DNA of 64,000 nucleotides from Candidatus Omnitrophota bacterium. Its GTDB lineage: Bacteria; Omnitrophota; Gorgyraeia; Zapsychrales; Zapsychraceae. The notes beneath the pieces were generated by a model, which had not been told where the DNA came from, searched no databases, and saw nothing but the letters and a program-made list of their open reading frames with translations. The stretch's first letter is position 1. Each line of letters opens with the position of its first letter. Where the stretch lies: positions 5,632 to 69,631 of the forward strand of contig DATDQB010000009.1 in NCBI GenBank assembly GCA_035292445.1, in the 5' to 3' direction. The translations under genes were made by a program, and so were the position numbers. Below are positions 37,495 through 48,421 of the stretch, piece by piece.

Positions 37495-38597
37495 GAAATA
37501 CTCTCTTTTAATGAACGGCACACTTCATCAATCTGTTGCTTGGTCATATGCGGAAACATCGGCAACGAAACGACTTGATCGGTCAATTTCTCCGCCACCG
37601 GAAAGTCCCCCCGCTTATGCTTCAAATCCGCGTAAGCCTTCTGAAGATGCAGAGGGATCGGATAATGGATCAAAACGCCTATACCTTTATCCTGAAACTT
37701 CTGGCACACTTGATCGCGGTTTTTCATAACACGCACGGCAAACGTCTGGTACGCATGCGTGCGGTCCTCTTTGGGCGGGAATGTTTTGATATGGGGTATT
37801 CCTTTTAACAACGTCCGGTAATACGCCGCATGCTCGGCCCTCATTTGGTTCCAAACGTCCAAATGTTTTAATTTGGCCGAAAGAACAACCGCCTGTACCG
37901 TGTCTAAGCGCGAATTATACCCTTTTAAAATATGTTCGTAACGGTCTTTACGGCCGTAATCGCGCAGCATCCTGACCCCCTCAAATAACTTCTGGTTGTT
38001 GGTCACGACCATGCCGCCGTCGCCGAAAGCACCGAGGCCTTTGGTTGGGTAAAAACTAAAACACGCCCCATCGCCCAAAGAGCCCGCGCGCTTCCCCTTG
38101 TACCGGGCCCCATGAGCCTGGCAAGCATCCTCGATCACCAAGATTTTATGTTTCTTCGCAATCTCTTTGATGGCATCCATGTCCGCCGTTTGCCCGTACA
38201 TGTGGACCGGCATGATCACTTTTGTCCTTTTGGAGATGGCTGATTTGAGTTTAGTGGCATCGAGATTGCAGGTGTCCTCTTCGACATCGACAAAGACCGG
38301 TTTAGCCCCGGTAAAAGAGACCCCCAGGGCTGTCGCGATGAAAGTAAAGGTGGGGACAATGACTTCATCGCCGGGGCCGACACCCAACGCTTTTAAGGTG
38401 AGAAAGATCGCGTCCGTTCCCGAATTGACGCCGACCCCGCAGGGCGCCTCGCAGTATCGGGAAAAAGCCTCTTCGAAGATTTTGACTTCCTCTCCCAAGA
38501 TAAAATTTGATTTCTCGAAAACGGCGCTTAAACCGGCGTAGATTTCGTCTTTAACCGTTTGGAATTGTTGGCTAAGGTCGATAAATTTAACGCTCAT
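37491..38597 (-). CDS. DegT/DnrJ/EryC1/StrS aminotransferase
   Basis: VNSGTDA, IEDACQAHG, FSFYPTKGLGAFGDGG and GYNSRLD. Confidence 0.94.
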   Translation of the reverse strand: MSVKFIDLSQQFQTVKDEIYAGLSAVFEKSNFILGEEVKIFEEAFSRYCEAPCGVGVNSGTDAIFLTLKALGVGPGDEVIVPTFTFIATALGVSFTGAKPVFVDVEEDTCNLDATKLKSAISKRTKVIMPVHMYGQTADMDAIKEIAKKHKILVIEDACQAHGARYKGKRAGSLGDGACFSFYPTKGLGAFGDGGMVVTNNQKLFEGVRMLRDYGRKDRYEHILKGYNSRLDTVQAVVLSAKLKHLDVWNQMRAEHAAYYRTLLKGIPHIKTFPPKEDRTHAYQTFAVRVMKNRDQVCQKFQDKGIGVLIHYPIPLHLQKAYADLKHKRGDFPVAEKLTDQVVSLPMFPHMTKQQIDEVCRSLKESIS

Positions 38598-39685
38598 AGA
38601 AGTTGCTTAACCTTCTCAAAAACTTCGTCCACACTAAGGGTTGTTAAACAGCTGACATGTGCACAATCGGTCATGCGAAAACGACGATAACAAGGCTGGC
38701 ACAATAAATTCTTTTTGACCACCAGATGCTTGTGGGCGTCTCCGTAGGGACCGTACACCTTTTCATCCACCGGCCCAAAAATGGAAACTGTCTTTGTTTT
38801 GGCAGCCACCGCCACGTGCAACGGGCCCCCGTCATTGAGGATGACCAGATGGCAACGCTCCAAAAGGGCCACTAATTGCCCCAGGGAGGTCTGGCCAACG
38901 GCATCTATGGGCTCCGCTCGGCTGTGGTCCTTGACCCGCTGACATATCTCTTCCTCCTGCTTGGCCCCCATTAGTATAATCTTCATAGGGTAATTTTCAA
39001 TTAATTTGTCAATTAATTTGGCATAATTTTCGCTTGACCATCGACGGAAACAGGCCTGTTTCCCCCAGCTTTCCCCGCCTCCTGGGATCACGCCGATGAG
39101 CCTGTCGGACGCCTGGCAGCCGTTGGTTTTCAGGAAATCCTCTACCCATTTTCGGTCCTGCGGCCCAATCGGCATCACCAGTTCTTTACTATAAACCTTT
39201 AGATCTAAAAAAGTTAGGATATCCAGATAATAATCAACCACATGTTTCCTCTCAAAACCATCAAAAGGGATCTTAACCGTCAAATGAGGGCTGCGGTTTC
39301 TAAAATTAAAACCGATACGGTGCTTAATGCCCGCCCATTGGGTGAGGAAATTAATGGACCTGTTCAAAGAAAAGTCAAAAACGACATCGAATTTTTCCTT
39401 CTTGATCTCATCCAAGCTGGCTTTGACCTTATTCAAAAAACTCCTTTTTGACTGCGCGGAAGCGGCCTTAAACTCATCCCGTTCATAGACATAAACCTTG
39501 TCAATTTGGGGATTTCCTTCCAAAAAAACGGTTGTCCGGCGGTTGGCCAAATAGCCGATAAAGGCGTTGGGAAAGTTGGTCTTTAAATTACTGATAAAAG
39601 GCGTGGTGAACAGGACATCCCCAATACCGAAGGTATTGATGATAAGTATCTTGTGGGGGTTTATTTTTTTTAAGTCTGGGTGCAT
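38594..39685 (-). CDS. GT9 LPS heptosyltransferase family
   Basis: GIGDVLFTTP and NDGGPLHVAVA...IFGP. Confidence 0.9.
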   Translation of the reverse strand: MHPDLKKINPHKILIINTFGIGDVLFTTPFISNLKTNFPNAFIGYLANRRTTVFLEGNPQIDKVYVYERDEFKAASAQSKRSFLNKVKASLDEIKKEKFDVVFDFSLNRSINFLTQWAGIKHRIGFNFRNRSPHLTVKIPFDGFERKHVVDYYLDILTFLDLKVYSKELVMPIGPQDRKWVEDFLKTNGCQASDRLIGVIPGGGESWGKQACFRRWSSENYAKLIDKLIENYPMKIILMGAKQEEEICQRVKDHSRAEPIDAVGQTSLGQLVALLERCHLVILNDGGPLHVAVAAKTKTVSIFGPVDEKVYGPYGDAHKHLVVKKNLLCQPCYRRFRMTDCAHVSCLTTLSVDEVFEKVKQLL

Positions 39686-39692
39686 TCAATTC

Positions 39693-40742
39693 TTATAAAA
39701 GATGATCCCTTTTATTCTTTAAAACCTCAACAACATCCTTCACTTTCTGGGATTGGTCGCTGCGGCACACCAACAAAGCGTCCGGCGTATCGACAATGAC
39801 GCAATGGTCAAGGCCGATCGTCGCAATAGGCCGGTCCTTGGCATAAACAAGCGTTCGCTGGGAACCGATATTGATAACATCCCCGAAGAAGACATTCCCC
39901 TGCCTGTCTTTGCGCATTGTTTCCATGAGCGATTCCCAGCTTCCCACGTCACTCCAGCCCAGGTCTTTGGCCACGACCGCGACCACGCCGTCGGCCTTCT
40001 CCAAGATCCCGTAATCGACGGAAATGCCCGGCAGCTGCTGCCATCGCTTAAGAAGCTGTGAATACGCCGGGTCGTTACCCAGGACAGAATATACCTTCGG
40101 CAGATATTTCTTGAATGCCTTCAAGATGACGGATGTTTTCCAGACAAACATGCCGCTGTTCCAATAATAATTCTTGTTCATGACAAAATTTTTGGCTTTC
40201 GCCAAGGTAGGCTTTTCCGTGAACTTATCCACGAATACGATCTGCCGGCGTGTCGCTGTCTTTAAATAGCCGTATCCTGTTTCCGGACGGGTCGGGGCAA
40301 TGCCGAAGGTCACCAAAAACCCTTTACGGGCCATGCCAGCCGCTTTTTTCAAGGCACGGATAAATGCGGCGGCGTTAAGGATCAGATGATCTGACGGTAA
40401 AACAGCGATGACCGCTTGGGGGTCGATCGTATGAATGCGGGAAGCGGCCCAGCAAACGGCCGGGGCGGTATTCTTGCCTTGCGGCTCAAGCAATATGTTT
40501 TTGTGAGGGACTTTGAACTTCTTTAACAGGCGCTTCGTTGCTTGTTCATACCTAACGTTGGTGACGATGAACACATGATCGGAGGCTATCAGCGGCTTAA
40601 GGCGCAAAAGCGTTAGATCCAACAGCGTCCGCCCTCCCATGACTTCCAAGAATTGTTTCGGGTTTTTCTTTCTGCTGACGGGCCAAAACCTTGTTCCCGC
40701 GCCGCCGGCCAAGATAACCGCATAAAGATGCTTATCTTTCAT
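39693..40742 (-). CDS. manC: Mannose-1-phosphate guanylyltransferase
   Basis: LAGGAGTRFWPVSR, EPQGKNTAPA, PETGYGY, WNSGMF and WSDVGSW; no PMI domain. Confidence 0.9.
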   Translation of the reverse strand: MKDKHLYAVILAGGAGTRFWPVSRKKNPKQFLEVMGGRTLLDLTLLRLKPLIASDHVFIVTNVRYEQATKRLLKKFKVPHKNILLEPQGKNTAPAVCWAASRIHTIDPQAVIAVLPSDHLILNAAAFIRALKKAAGMARKGFLVTFGIAPTRPETGYGYLKTATRRQIVFVDKFTEKPTLAKAKNFVMNKNYYWNSGMFVWKTSVILKAFKKYLPKVYSVLGNDPAYSQLLKRWQQLPGISVDYGILEKADGVVAVVAKDLGWSDVGSWESLMETMRKDRQGNVFFGDVINIGSQRTLVYAKDRPIATIGLDHCVIVDTPDALLVCRSDQSQKVKDVVEVLKNKRDHLL

Positions 40743-41586
40743 TTTGGCTCACCTCTTCTTTGATCCTGCGGCCCGACTTATAGCGGATATTGAATATCTT
40801 CGGCGGATACCACCACCATTGACGGTTAATTTCTCCCAAGTCTTTTCGGCTGATGGAATGAGCGGCTATCCTATCTTTCATCACGGCCGGATGCGTCCCG
40901 AAATAAATGGGGAAACGGCTGAAATCCTCGAACTCAAAGTTCCCGTTTCTTTGCTCGTCATTCAACGTCACAAACCCGATGTTCTCGGCGTTGATCCGCC
41001 TTTGCGCCATCGTTTCCTGCGATTGCACCCATCCGTAATGATAAATAAAACAGCTTGTTTGTTGGCGCCTGATCGGCTGGCCATCCTTGCGGCAAAACGT
41101 AAAGGCATCCGTGGTGGATTCGATCGTCCCGTCATTACGGACGATCCGGTCCTGCTTTTGGAACCATCCCGCGTCGATGCGGTAGCGCCAGAAACTCCCG
41201 TAAAAATGCAGCCATTTGAACCGAAAGACATCCACGCTTTTTTCGTGAAGGTATTTGTGCATCAGCCGTCTCAGTTTAGGCAAGTCTGCCTCATGGACCA
41301 CCTCATCGGCTTGCACGTAAAAAGCCCAATCGCCGCTGCATTCTTTCAAAGCCAAATTTGTTTGATGGGTCAGCATATCCGGTTGCTGCGTTTTATCCCA
41401 TTTGGTCTCGAGGATCTTAATTTTTTTTTCCTTAAGCGTTCTTATGAGAGCCAAGGACCCGTCCGTGGAGTCGCCGACGTTGACAATAAACTCATCGCAG
41501 ATCGGTAAGATCGAGCGAATGGCTTCCAACACAGGGTAGTTGTATTGAACCGCGTTTCGGACAATCGTAAATCCGCTAACTTTCAT
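40732..41586 (-). CDS. GT2-like glycosyltransferase
   Basis: [17 protein letters not shown] and YHYGWV. Confidence 0.82.
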   Translation of the reverse strand: MKVSGFTIVRNAVQYNYPVLEAIRSILPICDEFIVNVGDSTDGSLALIRTLKEKKIKILETKWDKTQQPDMLTHQTNLALKECSGDWAFYVQADEVVHEADLPKLRRLMHKYLHEKSVDVFRFKWLHFYGSFWRYRIDAGWFQKQDRIVRNDGTIESTTDAFTFCRKDGQPIRRQQTSCFIYHYGWVQSQETMAQRRINAENIGFVTLNDEQRNGNFEFEDFSRFPIYFGTHPAVMKDRIAAHSISRKDLGEINRQWWWYPPKIFNIRYKSGRRIKEEVSQNER

Positions 41587-42688
41587 AAACTTCCTCATAA
41601 ACCTTCAATGTGTTTCGGGCCGTTTTTAAATAATCGAACCCTTCCGCCCTTTGCAATCCCCGCTCGATCAATTTCATCCTCAAAGCGCTGTCCTCCAAGA
41701 GCGGACGGATGGCCGTCGCTATTTCCTCAGGATTTTGCGGGTCAACCGTGACCGCGGCATCGCCGCCGACTTCCGGGCAGGAAGCGGCGTTGGAAGTTAC
41801 GACCGGACAACCGCAACTGAAAGCTTCAACGATCGGATAGCCGAACCCTTCATAAAAGGAGGGGAACACAAAGCAATCGGCTGAATTATAAAGGTAGCGC
41901 AACTCCTCGTCCTTTAAAAAACCCGGTAACAATAATTCATTTCTTAAATTTAATTCATCGATGGTCCGGCTTAGATCTTCGTTTTTCCAGCCCGCCATCC
42001 CGCAGACCACCAGCTTCCCGGAATAATTGCCCCTTTGTTTCAAAAGCGCAAAGCCCTTGAGCAAATTCTTAAGGTTCTTCCTTCCCTCGATCGTCCCCAC
42101 AAAAAGAATGAACGGCCCCTCAACACCCAGCGCTTTCAATGCGTGCCGCGCCTGCGGCTTCTCTTCCTCACCCATTTGATAAAAAATATCCTTATTAATG
42201 CCGGGATATACGACGGATATGCGGGCGCTTTCCACCTGGAAAAAACGCATCAGGTCTTTTGCCGTATTCTGGGAACAACAGATGAATTTAGAAGCCCGCG
42301 GCAGGAGAAAACGCATCTGCTCATCGGTGAGCTTGAGCGTTTCCTCGGTATGCCCTTGCGGAAACGCCTTATAGACCAGATCGTGGATCGTCACAACCAG
42401 CTTTACATCTTTAACGTCGCAAATATCCGGTGAAGGCAAATGAACGATGTCCGTCGCTCCCATCATTTTCGAAAGGCCGCGCCCTAACCAGTCGACCTTG
42501 ACGGTGAAATTCCTTGCTTTGGCGCTGGGGACGGATCTTTTTGTATGAAACAACCCCTTCGGCGCATAAAGCAGGTATTCATTGTGCTGATCGATCTCCT
42601 CCAACGCACGGGCCAAAGAAGAGGCATAACGCCCGATCCCCGTAAATTGCTTATTCATAAAAGAGCGGCAATGAATGGCTATACGCAT
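41576..42688 (-). CDS. GT4 glycosyltransferase
   Basis: [15 protein letters not shown] and [16 protein letters not shown]. Confidence 0.9.
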   Translation of the reverse strand: MRIAIHCRSFMNKQFTGIGRYASSLARALEEIDQHNEYLLYAPKGLFHTKRSVPSAKARNFTVKVDWLGRGLSKMMGATDIVHLPSPDICDVKDVKLVVTIHDLVYKAFPQGHTEETLKLTDEQMRFLLPRASKFICCSQNTAKDLMRFFQVESARISVVYPGINKDIFYQMGEEEKPQARHALKALGVEGPFILFVGTIEGRKNLKNLLKGFALLKQRGNYSGKLVVCGMAGWKNEDLSRTIDELNLRNELLLPGFLKDEELRYLYNSADCFVFPSFYEGFGYPIVEAFSCGCPVVTSNAASCPEVGGDAAVTVDPQNPEEIATAIRPLLEDSALRMKLIERGLQRAEGFDYLKTARNTLKVYEEVYES

Positions 42689-43623
42689 CTGGAAAACCAC
42701 GCTAATGTTTCTTTTATCCCTTTTTCCAACGACACCTTGGGCGTCCATTTAAGTTTGGTCTTGGCAAGCGTAATATCCGGTTGACGCACCTTGGGGTCAT
42801 CTTCGGGCAACGGTTTATAGACAATCTTGGATTTCGTGCCGGAAAGCCTGATAATCAATTTTGCAAACTGCATGATCGTAAATTCATTGGGGTTACCGAT
42901 ATTCACGGGCGTATGAAGGTTGGAATGCAAGAGGCGGAAAATCCCTTCGATCAGATCCGAATAATAACAAAACGAGCGCGTTTGCTTTCCATCGCCATAA
43001 ACCGTCAACGGTTTGTTTTTTAAAGACTGGTAGATAAAATTGGGAACAACCCGCCCATCCAGAATGCGCATGCGCGGGCCATAAGTGTTAAAAATCCGGA
43101 CAATCCTTGTATCAAGATGATGAGAACGATGATACGCCATGGTGATGGCCTCCGCAAAACGTTTCGCCTCGTCATAAACGCCGCGCGGGCCGATGGGGTT
43201 CACATGCCCCCAATAACTTTCCTTCTGCGGATGAACTTGCGGATCGCCGTAAACCTCCGAAGTTGAAGCCAGCAGATAACGCGCCTTTTTAAGTTTAGCC
43301 AACCCTAACGTGTGATAGGTCCCCAACGCACCGACTTTAAGCGTGGGGATGGGATAATGCAAATAATCGACCGGGCTTGCCGGCGAGGCAAAATGAAGCA
43401 CATAATCAACGGGGCCGTTTAACGTGAATTCCTTGGAAATATCGTACTTAATAAACCTGAAATCTTTCTTCTTTCTCAAATGGGCGATGTTTTTAAGATT
43501 GCCGGTGATCAGATTATCGACACAAACAACCTTGCAATTCTCCCGGATAAAACGGTCGCACAAATGACTCCCCAGGAACCCCGCGCCCCCTGTAACAACA
43601 ACTGTTTTTCTTCGTTTAGCCAT
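42679..43623 (-). CDS. UDP-glucuronate decarboxylase-like SDR
   Basis: [25 protein letters not shown] and YDEAKR. Confidence 0.9.
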   Translation of the reverse strand: MAKRRKTVVVTGGAGFLGSHLCDRFIRENCKVVCVDNLITGNLKNIAHLRKKKDFRFIKYDISKEFTLNGPVDYVLHFASPASPVDYLHYPIPTLKVGALGTYHTLGLAKLKKARYLLASTSEVYGDPQVHPQKESYWGHVNPIGPRGVYDEAKRFAEAITMAYHRSHHLDTRIVRIFNTYGPRMRILDGRVVPNFIYQSLKNKPLTVYGDGKQTRSFCYYSDLIEGIFRLLHSNLHTPVNIGNPNEFTIMQFAKLIIRLSGTKSKIVYKPLPEDDPKVRQPDITLAKTKLKWTPKVSLEKGIKETLAWFSRCV

Positions 43624-43634
43624 GCCGAACTCCT

Positions 43635-44936
43635 CTAAAACCTGATGATTTTCTGGTTCTGTTTTCCCCTATACACATTACGGATATCATAAATGAGCCG
43701 CGCATGTTGAAAAACCGAAGAATAATTGACGGCGGAATGGTCCACCGCCACGGCCACGCAATCATATTTCTTTAGGTTATTTCTTGTCAATGCGATGGAG
43801 CGTAAATCAATAGCGCCGATCTTCAGGAAAGGGATCAAAGGATCATGATAGCTCACCGAGCACCTGCGGCTCTGAAGGAGTTCAATTAACTTAAGGACCG
43901 GGGATTTACGCAGATCATGGACATCCCTTTTATATGTAACGCCCAAAATGAGCACCTTGGCCTTGGATAAAGCCTTTTTCTTTTTCGCCAAGATTTCTTT
44001 CAAAGAATCGACAGCATAGGCAGGCATCGAAGAGTTGATGTCGGCGGAAAGTTTTATAAACTTTGAACTGAACCCGTGATGCTTGGCTTTCCAGTAAAGG
44101 TATAATGGATCATCGGGAATGCAATGGCCTCCTACCCCCAGCCCCGGATAAAAAGGCATAAAACCGAAGGGTTTCGTTTTGGCGGCTTCGATCACTTCCC
44201 ACACATCGATACCCATTTTATGGCACATCATGGCCACCTCATTGACCCAGCCGATATTGATAATGCGGAACGAGTTCTCCAGCAGCTTCGTCATTTCCGC
44301 CGCTTTGGCCGAGGAAACAACGTGGATTTCCCGGATAATCTTTTGGTATAAAATCTTGGTCAACGCGGCGCTTTTAGGGGTCAAGCCGCCGATGATCTTA
44401 GGGATCCTGGTGACATCATAAACCTTATTGCCGGGGTCAATGCGCTCGGGGGAGAAAGACAAATAAAAATCGCGGTCAAGTTTCTTGCCGCTTTTCTCCA
44501 GCTCGGGCTTAATGAGCTCCTGGGTGGTGCCGGGATACGTCGTGCTCTCAAGCACGATCAACGTATCTTTCTTAAAATGGCGCCGAATGGCTCGGATCGC
44601 TTTATGGATAAAAGAAATGTCCGGCGTGTATTTACGCTTAAGCGGTGTCGGGACGCAAATGATAATCGCATCAATCTCTTTCAAGATATCAAAATTTGTC
44701 TGGGCGGATAACTTTTTCCTGTTGACCACACTCGCCAACGCCCGGGAATCGACATCGAGAATATAGCTCTCTTTGCCATTAACCCGGCGTACCCGGTCAT
44801 GGTCCGTATCCAAACCGTATACCCGATAACCGGCCTTGGCAAATAGGACGGCCAAAGGCAGCCCCACATACCCCAAGCCGACGACGGCGATCTTGGCCTT
44901 TTTGTTGATGATCTTGTTTTTGAGTTGATGGGTCAT
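43635..44936 (-). CDS. Nucleotide-sugar dehydrogenase (UDP-GlcNAc/ManNAc 6-dehydrogenase-like)
   Basis: [25 protein letters not shown] and GGHCIP. Confidence 0.9.
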   Translation of the reverse strand: MTHQLKNKIINKKAKIAVVGLGYVGLPLAVLFAKAGYRVYGLDTDHDRVRRVNGKESYILDVDSRALASVVNRKKLSAQTNFDILKEIDAIIICVPTPLKRKYTPDISFIHKAIRAIRRHFKKDTLIVLESTTYPGTTQELIKPELEKSGKKLDRDFYLSFSPERIDPGNKVYDVTRIPKIIGGLTPKSAALTKILYQKIIREIHVVSSAKAAEMTKLLENSFRIINIGWVNEVAMMCHKMGIDVWEVIEAAKTKPFGFMPFYPGLGVGGHCIPDDPLYLYWKAKHHGFSSKFIKLSADINSSMPAYAVDSLKEILAKKKKALSKAKVLILGVTYKRDVHDLRKSPVLKLIELLQSRRCSVSYHDPLIPFLKIGAIDLRSIALTRNNLKKYDCVAVAVDHSAVNYSSVFQHARLIYDIRNVYRGKQNQKIIRF

Positions 44937-44944
44937 TGACCGAT

Positions 44945-46267
44945 TTATTTAGGGCCGAGGCCGATCCCGTGATACTCAAACCCCAGCTTTTCAAGGTTGC
45001 GGCCGTGATAAAAATTGCGGCCGTCAAAGATCATCAGCTGCTTCATCGATTTCGCGATCTTTGCAAAATCAAGCTCTTTGAACTCGCCCCACTCGGTTAA
45101 AAGAAGAAGGCAATCGCACCCCTTGGCAAGCTCATAAGGGCTGCCACAGTACGTAACCCCCTTTAAAAACTTTTTGGCGTTGTGGACCGCCTGAGGATCG
45201 TAGGCCCTTATATGCGCCCCTTCATTTTGAAGGGCTTGGACGATGTCGATGGAAGGCGCGTTACGCATATCGTCCGTGTCGGGTTTGAACGCAAGCCCCA
45301 AGACGCCGATGGTCTTGCCCTTGATGATCCACAATTTATCTTCGATCAAACGGACAAAACTCTCTTTTTGGCCCTCGTTAATGGCACGGACCTCTTTCAA
45401 TAGTTTAAAATCATATCCGCTTCGTTCGCTTAAGCGGATGAAGGCGTCCACATCTTTGGGAAAACAGCTTCCGCCGTAACCGATGCCGGCGTTCAAGAAT
45501 GCCCGCCCGATGCGCTTGTCATAGCCCATGCCCTCGGCCACTTTAAGGACATCGGCCCCGACGTTACTGCAGATCCGCGCGATCGCATTAATAAATGATA
45601 TTTTGGTCGCCAAAAATGAGTTGGAAGCGTGTTTGATCAACTCCGCGGAATTGATGTTGGTCACGACCATCTTAGGCTTAAGCGGCTTGTAGATCTCCGT
45701 CAATAATTTCTCCGCTTTTTTGCTTTCAACGCCGATCACGACCCGGTCGGGATTCATGAAATCATGAATGGCGCAGCCTTCCCGCAAGAATTCCGGGTTG
45801 GAAGCCACGTCAAAATCCAACATGACCTTTTTGCCTTTTCTGAATTTACTGTGCAAATTCATTTTGATCGTGCGCTCGACCCTTTTGCCCGTGTCGGCGG
45901 GAACGGTCGATTTCTCAACGATCAGTTTATAGTCATCCATATTGAGCGCGATCTCCCGGGCCACATTCTCGACATAGGTCAGATCCGCCTCCCCGCTTTT
46001 CTTGGACGGCGTTCCCACCGCGATAAAAATAACTGTGGATTTCTTGGTGGCCTCGTTGATGGAAGAACTGAATCGAAGCCTTTTGTTTTTAAGGTATTTC
46101 TTCAATAATTCTTCCAAGCCCGGCTCATAGATCGGGACCTCACCGCGCTGCAGCTTCTTCACCTTTTCCAAATCGTTATCGACGCAGATCACGTGGTGGC
46201 CGATATGCGCCAAACAAACGCCCGTGACCAGCCCGACATATCCCGAACCAACAATAGCGATATTCAT
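44945..46267 (-). CDS. ugd: UDP-glucose 6-dehydrogenase
   Basis: GSGYVGL, KSTVP, NPEFLREG and GGSCFPKD. Confidence 0.94.
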   Translation of the reverse strand: MNIAIVGSGYVGLVTGVCLAHIGHHVICVDNDLEKVKKLQRGEVPIYEPGLEELLKKYLKNKRLRFSSSINEATKKSTVIFIAVGTPSKKSGEADLTYVENVAREIALNMDDYKLIVEKSTVPADTGKRVERTIKMNLHSKFRKGKKVMLDFDVASNPEFLREGCAIHDFMNPDRVVIGVESKKAEKLLTEIYKPLKPKMVVTNINSAELIKHASNSFLATKISFINAIARICSNVGADVLKVAEGMGYDKRIGRAFLNAGIGYGGSCFPKDVDAFIRLSERSGYDFKLLKEVRAINEGQKESFVRLIEDKLWIIKGKTIGVLGLAFKPDTDDMRNAPSIDIVQALQNEGAHIRAYDPQAVHNAKKFLKGVTYCGSPYELAKGCDCLLLLTEWGEFKELDFAKIAKSMKQLMIFDGRNFYHGRNLEKLGFEYHGIGLGPK

Positions 46268-46270
46268 GTA

Positions 46271-48421
46271 TTATTCCCCCGATGATGAGCCGCTTTCACG
46301 GCGGTTAAATTCCGTTCCAAAATCAAAACCAATGTCCGGAAACGCTTTGAGCCTAAAGACGACGATAAACTCGCTTCCTTCTTCCTTTTTATCGTTAATG
46401 TGGATATCCATCTCCCAAGAATGCAGATCACGGGTAAGGACATATTGCTGCTCCTCTAAATCCGCCGTATCGATGTTAAACCTGTTAAGAAGCTGAAACG
46501 CCCATTTGGAATTGAACTTATAATGAAAATGCGTCGTGATCTGGTCGTCCACATCGACGTTGTAGCGCCTACCGACCCCAACATTCCATTTCTGGCCGCT
46601 GTTGATATAAAAATCAAAATTGGCCGTATCGAGACGGCTCTGGTCCAGATCGTACTGCGAATCAAAGTATAATGTTAACCAGTCGGCGGGGCGAAAGTCA
46701 ATATCTGTTTTGATGATCTCAAAGCCTTCTCCCGAAGGATCATCCTCCAAATAATAGTCGCTGCTAAGAACCGCCCGCAGGAACTCAACCGTCTGGCCGT
46801 TACGTTTGACCTGCAATTTGTTCTCCAGAGCAACAGTAACGGCGTCCTGACGCAGGCGCGAATCGATCGTGTCGAATTGCTCCAACTCGCTGTTGGCAAT
46901 CGTGGGGTCTTTCGCCACCTGATACGTCAGCGAAGGGGTGATGATATGGCGCATGCGCTTGATTTCCTCCCCTAAGAACGGGGCATTGACGTCAAAGAGG
47001 CGATAAAATTTTGTTTGTAAGCTGGCTCCCGCTTTGTAATACTCTCTGACATCCTTGTCTTCGTTGGGGTCCTTGAGCCGAGAATAGAAGGTCCATTCGC
47101 CGCCGATAAAAGGCGTGAATTCCAAGAAACCCAACTTCATCGGATGAGACAGCTGATGCTCCGTATGGATACGGTTGGTATCCAATCGCACATCCGTTGG
47201 AGAAGCTCCGACGTAAGACAAGCTGGTCATGGTGGTAAAATTTTTATAATATAAGCTGGTATTGCCGATCTTCTGATTAGTCAAGTCATAGCGCAGCTCG
47301 GGGATACGCTCCGTGGTCGCCACAAAACTGTTCACCTGTTTATCGGCGCGAAGACTTAATATCCCCTTGGGCAAAGTTCTCGTTAAGACGAAAAACGAAG
47401 GCGGCGTTTGATCCCGGTCAAAATCCCGTTCAAAATAGTCCTTAAGGAAGGTGGCGTCGCTGATGCGGTAATATTGCAAGATGACGTTGGTCTTCTCGTC
47501 CATCTGCCAGCGGTGGCGCCATTCGGCCTTATACCGGTCCCGCTCAGACATCACGGAAGGCCTTTCTTCCAGGATCCTGTCCGAGGTGATATCCCGTTCC
47601 ATCGTATAATATGTTTTCAAAACGCCGGTACCGAAATTCTCTGTCTTATAGTCCACATCGAGCCCACCGGCGAAATCCAGGCGGTCACGGTAGTCCAAAT
47701 GAATGGCGCCTTTAAGCTTCTCGCTCACATAATACCGCCATGTCGTCAGCAAAAATGCCCCCCAATCCTTATCATGTCCCGGCGTGATATGCCATCGCGG
47801 CTCTTTCTCTTTAAGGCTTTGGACATAATGAGGCATATAGGCCACGGGTATATTCCCCAATTTTATCCGGTTGTGGCTGGCCACGATTTTTTCTCCCGGA
47901 TAAATCTCGATCCTTGATGAAACGACACGGTATTCAGGCTTATCAAAATCAGAGGTGGTGAGGTAGCCGTCTTCCATCACCATTTTACTGTCTGAAACAC
48001 GCGATATTTTACGGGCGCCTCCGTAATACGGATCGGCCACGATGCGGGCGTTGTGAAAATCGCCGGTCATGGTATTAAAATCAAAGGTCAGCTCATCACC
48101 GGAAATTTCTCCCTGCTTGTTGACCAAGCGGACGTGGCCAAGGGCATGGGCTATGTTTGTCGCTTGATCGAACTGCACTTCATCGCAATAAAGGGTCGCT
48201 TCGGCGTTATGGATGATAACATTGCCGCGGGCCGTCACGGCGCTGCTGTCAACGGAATATTCCACCACATCACCGTTTAATTCGACCGAATTTGCCTTAC
48301 TGGTTGAGTCGGCAGAAGAAACATCCGCTGCAGGAAAATAAATAAGCAGAGAAAGGATGGCGTAGATAAAAAAATAATGCCGTTTACTTTTTAAGATAGG
48401 ATTTGCGATCAATGAAAGCAT
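46271..48421 (-). CDS. lptD: LPS-assembly protein LptD family
   Basis: N-terminal OstA-like jellyroll (ARGNV, ALGHVRL), a long beta-barrel region and RDLHSW near the C-terminus. Confidence 0.82.
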   Translation of the reverse strand: MLSLIANPILKSKRHYFFIYAILSLLIYFPAADVSSADSTSKANSVELNGDVVEYSVDSSAVTARGNVIIHNAEATLYCDEVQFDQATNIAHALGHVRLVNKQGEISGDELTFDFNTMTGDFHNARIVADPYYGGARKISRVSDSKMVMEDGYLTTSDFDKPEYRVVSSRIEIYPGEKIVASHNRIKLGNIPVAYMPHYVQSLKEKEPRWHITPGHDKDWGAFLLTTWRYYVSEKLKGAIHLDYRDRLDFAGGLDVDYKTENFGTGVLKTYYTMERDITSDRILEERPSVMSERDRYKAEWRHRWQMDEKTNVILQYYRISDATFLKDYFERDFDRDQTPPSFFVLTRTLPKGILSLRADKQVNSFVATTERIPELRYDLTNQKIGNTSLYYKNFTTMTSLSYVGASPTDVRLDTNRIHTEHQLSHPMKLGFLEFTPFIGGEWTFYSRLKDPNEDKDVREYYKAGASLQTKFYRLFDVNAPFLGEEIKRMRHIITPSLTYQVAKDPTIANSELEQFDTIDSRLRQDAVTVALENKLQVKRNGQTVEFLRAVLSSDYYLEDDPSGEGFEIIKTDIDFRPADWLTLYFDSQYDLDQSRLDTANFDFYINSGQKWNVGVGRRYNVDVDDQITTHFHYKFNSKWAFQLLNRFNIDTADLEEQQYVLTRDLHSWEMDIHINDKKEEGSEFIVVFRLKAFPDIGFDFGTEFNRRESGSSSGE

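Noticed and set aside
37432-37521. N-terminal extension of the O-antigen ligase in the ORF track (similarly for fmt, addA, hrcA, GDSL and GT4)
   Set aside because: The extensions translate REP/heptamer repeats, operators or overlapping genes; downstream starts fit the family N-termini better.
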